From NCBI GenBank assembly GCA_048342015.1, contig DBGDFS010000030.1:3709-67708 (forward strand): DNA of 64,000 bases. Reading direction: 5' to 3'. The stretch comes from Collinsella sp. (GTDB lineage: Bacteria; Actinomycetota; Coriobacteriia; Coriobacteriales; Coriobacteriaceae). Positions 57,117 to 64,000 of the stretch are shown here, piece by piece; position 1 is the stretch's first letter, and each line of letters starts with the position of its first letter. The notes beneath the pieces were generated by a model. It made no database searches and had not been told where the DNA came from. It saw only the letters and a program-made list of their open reading frames with translations. The translations under genes were made by a program, and so were the position numbers.

Positions 57117-57839
57117 ATGAGCGCTTCGTCGAAAAAGAACTTGGCCCAATACGAGCGCTTGGCGGGCATGCTGCGTGACCGCATCGCCGCCGGCGTCTAC
57201 GCGCGCGAAGACAAGCTGCCGTCCGAGATGGAACTCATGGACGAATCGGGGCTGTCGCGCAGCACCGTGCGCCACGCCCTTAAGGTGCTCGTTGATGAGG
57301 GCCTGGTGCGCACCGAGCGCGGGCGTGGCGCCTTTGTGGCCGACACGCCCGCGCTCCACGAGAACAACCTGGTGTTTTCGAGCTATACCAAGCAGGTCGA
57401 AGGCCAGGGCATGAAGCCCACCACGCGCACCGTGGACTCGGGCTTTGCCAAGGCGGCCGGCAGCATAGCTAAGTTCTTTGACGCCGCCGTGGGCAGCAAG
57501 CTCGTCAAACTTGTCCGCCTGCGTTATCTGGACGATGCGCCACTGTGCTTGGAGACCACCTACCTGCCGCCAAGCTTCGAGACGCTCATCGATCGCGATA
57601 TCAACGGTTCGCTCTACGCCACGCTGCGTCAAGAATTCCATCGCGCGCCGGCACAGGGGCACAAGACCTTTGAGGTGTGCTATGCCTCGCAAAACGAGGC
57701 GTTTTTGCTCAACGTCGAGCGCGGACAGGCACTGATCCTGATCACCGACTACGTCTACGACACCGACGGCCGCCCGCTCCATGTCTCCAAGCGCATCCAA
57801 CGCACCGACCGCGCCAAATACACCGAGCCCATCGGCTAA
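57117..57839 (+). CDS. GntR (HutC/UTRA) family regulator
   Basis: LPSEMEL, SRSTVRHAL, RGRGAFV, RLRYLDDAP. Confidence 0.9.
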   Translation: MSASSKKNLAQYERLAGMLRDRIAAGVYAREDKLPSEMELMDESGLSRSTVRHALKVLVDEGLVRTERGRGAFVADTPALHENNLVFSSYTKQVEGQGMKPTTRTVDSGFAKAAGSIAKFFDAAVGSKLVKLVRLRYLDDAPLCLETTYLPPSFETLIDRDINGSLYATLRQEFHRAPAQGHKTFEVCYASQNEAFLLNVERGQALILITDYVYDTDGRPLHVSKRIQRTDRAKYTEPIG

Positions 57840-57875
57840 CCTGCCAAAATAAACCTGTCCCTAAATGGTAGGTTT
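57838..57875 (+). repeat. Repeat family C overlapping two convergent stop codons
   Basis: AACCTGCCAAAATAAACCTGTCCCT identical to 38857-38880 region. Confidence 0.8.
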
Positions 57876-58451
57876 GGGGAGGTCGGGGAACCAAGTTGGT
57901 TTGGGTTGGTTAGGGACGCGCTCGGCTAAGACCAGCTCCATCCAGCACATGTCGTACCAGCGGCCGAACTTTTGGGCGCAGCGATCGAAGGCGCCCACCA
58001 GGCGATATCCCATATGGGCATGGAAATCCTGACTGTTGTGCGTCAGGTATTCATCGTCCTTGTCGTGCGGCACGGCAATGAGCGCGCACATGTTGGTGAT
58101 GCCCATCGCAATCAGGCATTGCTTGAGCGCATCGTGCAGCTTGCGGCCCAGCCCGCCGTGGCGCACGTCGCGCGCCAGATAGATCGACGTCTCGACCGAC
58201 CAGTCATATGCCTCGCGACTGTTGAGCGGACTCACATAGGCATAACCTACCGGACGCCCGTCCAGTTCCATCACCAGATACGGATAGCGCTTGAGCGTAC
58301 GCTCGATGCGCCCGGCGAACTCCTCAACGCTCGGCACCTCGTATTCGCAGGTAATGGCCGTCTCGCGCACATACGGCTCATAGATGGCCAGCAGCGCCGG
58401 CGCGTCATCGGGCGTCGCCAGGCGAATCGTCGGTTCGGTCGTCTCGGGCAT
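57861..58451 (-). CDS. GNAT N-acetyltransferase (phosphinothricin/YncA-like)
   Basis: TAITCEYEVP, AYDWSVETSIY, GLGRKL, KFGRWYD. Confidence 0.88.
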   Translation of the reverse strand: MPETTEPTIRLATPDDAPALLAIYEPYVRETAITCEYEVPSVEEFAGRIERTLKRYPYLVMELDGRPVGYAYVSPLNSREAYDWSVETSIYLARDVRHGGLGRKLHDALKQCLIAMGITNMCALIAVPHDKDDEYLTHNSQDFHAHMGYRLVGAFDRCAQKFGRWYDMCWMELVLAERVPNQPKPTWFPDLPKPTI

Positions 58452-58529
58452 ACAGCCCCTCCCCCTCAAAAGCAAAAGCCGCCTCGCGCCGCATCGCAGC
58501 GCAAGGCGGCCCCTCGTCATTTCATCAAC

Positions 58530-59555
58530 CTACAGGACAGCCGCCAGCGCGTCGATGTCCTCTTGCGTCGTGGCCCAGCTAGTGCAAAAGCGCACCACCG
58601 TGTGAGTCTCGTCGTACTTTTCCCAATACTCGATCGAGGCATGCTCGCGAATGCGCGCCATGTTCTCGTTGGGCAAAATCACAAACTGCTGGTTCGTGGG
58701 CGTCTCCAAGAAGAACTCGTAGCCGCGCTCGTGCAGCACGCGACGAAGCGCCTGCGCCGTCTGGATCGCCTGGCGGCCAATCTCAAAATACAGGCCATCG
58801 GTAAAGAGTGCCTCAAACTGCACGCCCGTCAGGCGGCCCTTGGCCAGCAGCGCGCCGTGCTGCTTAATGCGCGGAACGGGATGCGCCGGAGCATGCATGC
58901 CGCAAAACACCACGGCCTCGCCGCACAGGGCACCGCACTTGGTGCCGCCAATGTAGAACACGTCGCACAGCTGCGCCAGCTCGGGCAGCGTGATATCGCA
59001 CTCGTCGGCGGCCAGTGCATAGGCCAGGCGCGCGCCGTCCACAAACAGCGGAATCTGGCGCTTCTGGCACACCGCGTGAATCGCCGCGAGCTCGGCCTTG
59101 GAATACAGCGTGCCGTACTCGGTGGACATGCTCACGTACACGGCGCCCGGAAACACCATGTGTTCATAGCTCTCGTTCTCGTAAAAGACCTCGATGTAAT
59201 TGTCGAGGTCCTCGGCATGCATCTTGCCCTCGTAGCCGGGTATGGTGAGCACCTTGTGGCCACCAAACTCGATAGCGCCCGCCTCGTGGCAGGCAACGTG
59301 ACCGGTCTCGGCGGCAACGACGCCCTCGTACGGCGCAAGCAGCATATCGATCACGCAGGCGTTGGTCTGCGTACCGCCCACCAGCAAAAACACATCGGCA
59401 TCGGGCGCCTGGCAGGCCTCGCGAATGAGTTGCTTGGCATGCTCGGTATGCACATCGGTGCCGTAGCCGGGCTGCGGCTCCATGTTGGTGTCGACGAGTG
59501 CCTGCAGCACCGCCGGGTGCGCACCGTGGGAGTAATCGTTGTTGAACGCGAGCAT
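58530..59555 (-). CDS. Low-specificity L-threonine aldolase family
   Basis: FNNDYS, GGTQTN, HEAGA, DGARL, GGTKCG, RFCTSWAT. Confidence 0.9.
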   Translation of the reverse strand: MLAFNNDYSHGAHPAVLQALVDTNMEPQPGYGTDVHTEHAKQLIREACQAPDADVFLLVGGTQTNACVIDMLLAPYEGVVAAETGHVACHEAGAIEFGGHKVLTIPGYEGKMHAEDLDNYIEVFYENESYEHMVFPGAVYVSMSTEYGTLYSKAELAAIHAVCQKRQIPLFVDGARLAYALAADECDITLPELAQLCDVFYIGGTKCGALCGEAVVFCGMHAPAHPVPRIKQHGALLAKGRLTGVQFEALFTDGLYFEIGRQAIQTAQALRRVLHERGYEFFLETPTNQQFVILPNENMARIREHASIEYWEKYDETHTVVRFCTSWATTQEDIDALAAVL

Positions 59556-59600
59556 GATAATCCTCTCTTACCGGGTCTCGGCCAGATGATTCAAACGGAG

Positions 59601-60464
59601 CTATTGTACGCCGTTCGGATAGACAATACGCGCGGCAAGGCATTCGAGCGCCAGCACGAGCGCAAAACCGCAGCTCACATCACTCAAAAAGTGAGCGCCG
59701 ATGACAATGCGGCCAAAGGCGACAAGCGCCGCTGTGGCAGCCGCCGCCCAAAAGACCACGCGTCGACGCGACGGCTCCTGCTTAAAGGCCGCCGCGGGAA
59801 GGCCCGCGAGCATCATGCCGATCGCCGCGTGCGCGGTATGCCCGCTCGCAAACGACTTGAATCCGTCCTTGATCACGCCGGCGGCGATATAGGTCCACTT
59901 GTCGGGGTTGCCGATCACCCACCACGGCTGAAACTCGAGCCCCTGCGTCACCTCGATTACGCGCATGCGCGGGCGCGACCACAGCGGCTTAACGATAACG
60001 TTGAGAATGATGGCCTGAATCACCCACACGACCAGCACCATGAGCGCCCAGCGCTTGAGCTCCTGCGGCGCGGCATCGTGCGTGGCGCGGTAGGCGACGA
60101 CGTTGCCGGCAATGGCCAGGGCAAACGTCAGCACCAGCTGAGCCGCGACGAGCTTGCCGCCAACATGAAAAGATCCGAGCACCTCGTAGCCGACCAGGCC
60201 CACATTGATCAGAACGCCGAGCACGGCGAGCCCCTTGCTGCCCTTGCAGCCATCGCCGGCACAACGCACGAGCATAACGCCTGCGATGCTCGCCGTGATC
60301 TCGAACGGCAGCTCGCCGGCCGCCTCGACAAAACGGCCGAACAGGCTGGACGAGTCGAACAGTGCGCTCGAGATCTGATAGTCGAAGAAGGTGCCCGTGA
60401 GCAGGCAAAGGCAAAGGATGACCGCGATAGCGGCAGCGTCTTTCTTATCGATGTACCCGAACAT
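59601..60464 (-). CDS. PAP2 family membrane phosphatase
   Basis: KPLWSRPR, SFASGH, GRIVIGAHFLSD. Confidence 0.87.
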   Translation of the reverse strand: MFGYIDKKDAAAIAVILCLCLLTGTFFDYQISSALFDSSSLFGRFVEAAGELPFEITASIAGVMLVRCAGDGCKGSKGLAVLGVLINVGLVGYEVLGSFHVGGKLVAAQLVLTFALAIAGNVVAYRATHDAAPQELKRWALMVLVVWVIQAIILNVIVKPLWSRPRMRVIEVTQGLEFQPWWVIGNPDKWTYIAAGVIKDGFKSFASGHTAHAAIGMMLAGLPAAAFKQEPSRRRVVFWAAAATAALVAFGRIVIGAHFLSDVSCGFALVLALECLAARIVYPNGVQ

Positions 60465-60522
60465 AGCTTCCTTTCGGTCGGGCGAAGTTATCAACCTGCA
60501 ACGTGGTGGGATGAATACTGCA

Positions 60523-60652
60523 GGTTGAGCATAAGCAAGCGAAAACGTCCCATTTGAGGCAAGGTGACCCGAAGGAGGAGGGAAGCGTACTTGCGTACGC
60601 GACCGACGAGTGAGGGTCAGATTGCCCAAATGGGGCGTTTGCAGCGTCGACC
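60523..60652. repeat. Repeat family B long hairpin abutting mfd stop
   Basis: GGTTGAGCATAAG..AGCGAAAACG...GAGGAGGGAAGCGTACTT.CGTACGCGACCGACG...GGGGCGTTTGCAGCGTCGAC. Confidence 0.85.
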
Positions 60653-60654
60653 CG

Positions 60655-63600
60655 TTAATCGTCGTCGCTAGCGCCCAGCTGTTGCAGCAGCATGAGCGCC
60701 GCGACCACCGGGCCGGTGCCGTCGTTGGCGTCGAGACCGCGACCCAGGCCGCTGCCCGCACCGGCGCCTGCCTTGTAGGGTACCGACAGCTTGCGGCTCT
60801 TGGGGAAGTTCACCGCGCCATAGCGGGTCTTAAGCTCAAAGGCCACCTTCTTAGGCACGTCAACGCCCAAAAACGTGATGCGACCGCCACTGAGCGTGAC
60901 GCTCTCGAGCCCCAGACGCTCGCCGCGAATGCGGATGCGCGCGCGATTGAACAGGTTGAGTCCCGCCAACGGCAGCTCGCCATGCGCGGCCTCGGTCTCT
61001 TCCTGCACCTCGTCGATGCTCTCCAGGTCCTCGGCCGCTGCGAGCTTACGGTACACGAGCACGCGCTGGTCCACCGCCGGCAGGTACTCCTCGGACAAGA
61101 AGTAGTCGGCCGGCAGGTTAATACCCACGCTCGCCGCCTCCACGCCGGCATCGTCGTCGCCGCGCGCCTCGGCCACGGCCTGTCCCAGCATCTGCGTAAA
61201 CAGGTCAAAGCCCACGCTCGACAAGTTGCCATGCTGCTCGGCGCCCATAAGCGAGCCGGCGCCGCGAATCTCCAGGTCGCGCATGGCGATGCGCATGCCA
61301 CTGCCCAGGTCCTGGAACTCGGAAAGTGCGGTCAGGCGCGCCGTCGCCTCCTCGGTGAGCGGCAGCTCGCCCGGGAACATAAAGTACGCGTAGGCCTGCG
61401 TGGCAGAGCGGCCCACACGACCTTTGAGCTGGTAGAGCTGTGCCAGGCCCAAGCGCTGCGAGTCCTCGATGATCAGCGTGTTGGCGGTCGCGTTGTCGAT
61501 GCCGCTCTCCACGATGGTCGTGGCGATGAGCACGTCGATCTTCTTGGTCGCGAACTCGATCATCACGTCCTCGACCTCGCGCGGGCTCATCTTGCCGTGC
61601 GCCACGCCCACGCGCGCCTCGGGCGCAGCCTCGTGCACGCGTGCCACGGCGTCGTCGATGGTCTTGACGCGGTTGGACACGTAGTACACCTGGCCGCCGC
61701 GGCCCACCTCCAGGCGAATCGCCGCGCTCACCACGTCGGGGTCGTACTCCCCCACGTGCACGATCACGGGACGGCGCCCGGTCGGCGGTGTGGTGATCAG
61801 GCTCATGTCGCGCACACCGCTCGTGGCCATCTGCATGGTTCGCGGAATAGGCGTTGCCGAGAGCGTGAGCACGTCGATTTGCTCGCGCAGGTTTTTGAGC
61901 TGCTCCTTGTGCTGCACGCCAAAGCGCTGTTCCTCGTCGATGATCACCAGGCCCAGGTTCTTGGGGTTCACATCGGCCGAAAGCAGGCGGTGCGTGCCGA
62001 TGAGCACGTCAATCGTGCCCTCGGCAAACGCCTTGAGCGCGCGCTTTTGCTGCGCCGGGGTACGGAAGCGGCTGAGCACCTCGACCTCCAGGCCAAACGG
62101 GGCAAAGCGCTCAAAGAATGTCTCGTAGTGCTGCTGGGCCAGAATGGTTGTGGGGCAGAGCACCATGACCTGACGGCCGGAGTCCACGCACTTAAACGCC
62201 GCGCGCAGGGCGACCTCGGTCTTGCCGAAGCCCACGTCGCCGCAGAGCAGGCGGTCCATGGGCTTGGGCGCCTCCATGTCGGCCTTGATGTCGGCGATGG
62301 CCTCCAGCTGGTCGCGCGTCTCGTCGTAGGGGAAGCTCTGCTCCATCTCGATCTGCTCGGGCGTATCGGGCGGACAGGCGATACCGGTAATCGACGAGCG
62401 GCGCGTATACAGGTCGACCAGGTCAAACGCCAGCTTTTTGGCATTCTTGCGCGCCTTGTTGGTGGCCCGCGTCCAGTCGGCGGTGTTGAGCCTGGTCAAG
62501 CGCGGTTTATCGCCGTCGGGACCAACGTAGCGCGTAATGCGGTCAACCTGCTCCAGCGGCACGTAGAGCTTGTCGCCGTCGGCATATTCCAGCAAAAAGT
62601 AGTCGCGCTCCTTGCCGCCCACTTCTTGGCGCGCGATCTCGCTAAAGAGCGCGATGCCGTGGGTGGCGTGCACCACGTAGTCGCCCGGCTTAAACGGGAA
62701 CGTGATCTGCGTAATGTCCACCTTGCGGCGGCTGCGCGCGCGGTTGGCATCCATGCGGGCGTTGAGGTCGGCGATCGAGAACACGGCCAAATTGGCGTCG
62801 GGCACCACCACGCCCTGCGGCAGGGCAGCGTCCACAAAGGTCACGCGCCCGCGCGAGATGGTGGGCACGGCGGCGCCGGCGGCAGCCTGCGCGGCGCCCG
62901 CCTCGAGCGAGCGGGCGTTGAGCGCGTCGGCCTTACGCTCGCGAATCGAGGCATGGGCCTCCTGGCGTGCGGCACGGTCAGCGGAATCCGCCGCTGCCAC
63001 ACGCACGCGGTCGCCGATAGCGCCGGCGTTTTCGGGCGCCGCGGTCAGCGATTCCTCAAAGGTAATGCCCTCGTCGCCAAAGGTGAACTCCATCGACTCG
63101 CGCGCACCGCGGTCGGGGATGGCAAACACGCAGGCATAGCGCTTGCCCACGACCTCCTGGATGCGCGTCATAAAGCGATTGTCCGATCCTGCGATGGCAG
63201 GCTGCTCAATCTTGAGCTCGGCCGTCACCGCACCGCCGGCACGGATGAGGCTCACGTAGTTCAGGCGCTGTTGAGCACCAAAGTCGAGTTGCTGGGCACG
63301 CACGTACAGGCCGTCCAGACGGTCGACCCCCGCCTCGCCGGCACGTGCCTCGATATCCTCGTAGGCGCGCAGGCAATCGTCGAACAGCGAGCGCGGCTCG
63401 GACAGTACCACGAGCGCCTTGCCGCTCACATGCGACAGCGGGCTCACAGTCTGGCCGTACATCACCGGCAAAAAGCGGTCGAGCTCAGGCGTGACGATGC
63501 GCGCATCCACCATCTCGAGCAGCGCCGCCAACTTGCTGTCGTCCTGGCTGGCGCGGTAGAGCGCCACATGCATGTTGTGGACTGCCTCGTCGGTGAGTGC

Positions 63601-64000
63601 AAGCTCGCGACAGGGGAAGATCTCGATGCTGTCCTCGTTGCCGATGGTCTGGCCCGTTGAACTCACCATGCGGCGGATGCGGTCAATCTCGTCGCCGAAG
63701 AACTCGATGCGCACGGGCGCCTTTTCCTGCGCGGGGAACACCTCGACGGTGTCGCCGTGCACGCGGAACAGGCCGGGCGCGTCGGCGGCACCGGCATTGG
63801 TGTAGCCCATGCCCACCAAGCGCTGTGGCACCTCGTCAAAGGGAATCTCCTCGCCCACCGCAAAGGTCGTGGACTCCCAGTAGCGGCTCTCGACCGGCGG
63901 CACGCAGCGCAGCAGTGCGCGGGCCGAGGCGACCATGATGCAGTTGTCCCCGCGCACGATGCGCCCGAGCGCCTCGCAGCGCTGAGCTACCACGGCATCG
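60655..64000 (-). CDS. mfd: Transcription-repair coupling factor (5' end outside window)
   Basis: GDYVVH..HGI, CGDVGFGKTEV, DEEQRFG, SATPIPRT, QLKGRVGR, TRCF C-terminus. Confidence 0.97.
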   Translation of the reverse strand, partial: DAVVAQRCEALGRIVRGDNCIMVASARALLRCVPPVESRYWESTTFAVGEEIPFDEVPQRLVGMGYTNAGAADAPGLFRVHGDTVEVFPAQEKAPVRIEFFGDEIDRIRRMVSSTGQTIGNEDSIEIFPCRELALTDEAVHNMHVALYRASQDDSKLAALLEMVDARIVTPELDRFLPVMYGQTVSPLSHVSGKALVVLSEPRSLFDDCLRAYEDIEARAGEAGVDRLDGLYVRAQQLDFGAQQRLNYVSLIRAGGAVTAELKIEQPAIAGSDNRFMTRIQEVVGKRYACVFAIPDRGARESMEFTFGDEGITFEESLTAAPENAGAIGDRVRVAAADSADRAARQEAHASIRERKADALNARSLEAGAAQAAAGAAVPTISRGRVTFVDAALPQGVVVPDANLAVFSIADLNARMDANRARSRRKVDITQITFPFKPGDYVVHATHGIALFSEIARQEVGGKERDYFLLEYADGDKLYVPLEQVDRITRYVGPDGDKPRLTRLNTADWTRATNKARKNAKKLAFDLVDLYTRRSSITGIACPPDTPEQIEMEQSFPYDETRDQLEAIADIKADMEAPKPMDRLLCGDVGFGKTEVALRAAFKCVDSGRQVMVLCPTTILAQQHYETFFERFAPFGLEVEVLSRFRTPAQQKRALKAFAEGTIDVLIGTHRLLSADVNPKNLGLVIIDEEQRFGVQHKEQLKNLREQIDVLTLSATPIPRTMQMATSGVRDMSLITTPPTGRRPVIVHVGEYDPDVVSAAIRLEVGRGGQVYYVSNRVKTIDDAVARVHEAAPEARVGVAHGKMSPREVEDVMIEFATKKIDVLIATTIVESGIDNATANTLIIEDSQRLGLAQLYQLKGRVGRSATQAYAYFMFPGELPLTEEATARLTALSEFQDLGSGMRIAMRDLEIRGAGSLMGAEQHGNLSSVGFDLFTQMLGQAVAEARGDDDAGVEAASVGINLPADYFLSEEYLPAVDQRVLVYRKLAAAEDLESIDEVQEETEAAHGELPLAGLNLFNRARIRIRGERLGLESVTLSGGRITFLGVDVPKKVAFELKTRYGAVNFPKSRKLSVPYKAGAGAGSGLGRGLDANDGTGPVVAALMLLQQLGASDDD

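Overview
High-GC chromosomal window; gene content and style suggest Coriobacteriaceae, most like Collinsella (inference). In order: a monoderm-type Tad/Flp pilus operon (minus strand, running off the left edge); rsgA; a P-type cation ATPase with a structured leader; pyk; an ECF NikMN-Q-O-type metal transporter with a NikR-like operator; pheS-pheT behind a Phe T-box; M32 carboxypeptidase; glmM; a DUF4012 protein; tRNA-Val(GAC) followed by a ~5 kb accessory patch (DUF5710 protein, Zn-ribbon protein, SRA-like/HNH nuclease, truncated AlbA-HATPase gene); M16C peptidase; hicAB with LexA-like boxes; 5-formyl-THF cyclo-ligase; metA; an LDH/HicDH-type dehydrogenase; a ~14.5 kb Amadori-compound (fructosamine) catabolic region (three FrlB-like deglycases, mannose-family PTS, three GntR/UTRA regulators, with recQ inside); GNAT; threonine aldolase; PAP2; and mfd (running off the right edge). 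The most unusual signal is intergenic: several distinct palindromic repeat families, one of which brackets a solitary AbiEi-like/PD-(D/E)XK (DUF559/Vsr-like) nuclease gene as ~118 bp direct repeats and also occurs as gene-less copies, suggesting a REP/REPIN-like system without a RAYT transposase. No CRISPR array, integrase, transposase or rRNA was seen. All product calls come from motif recognition by eye; no database searches were run.
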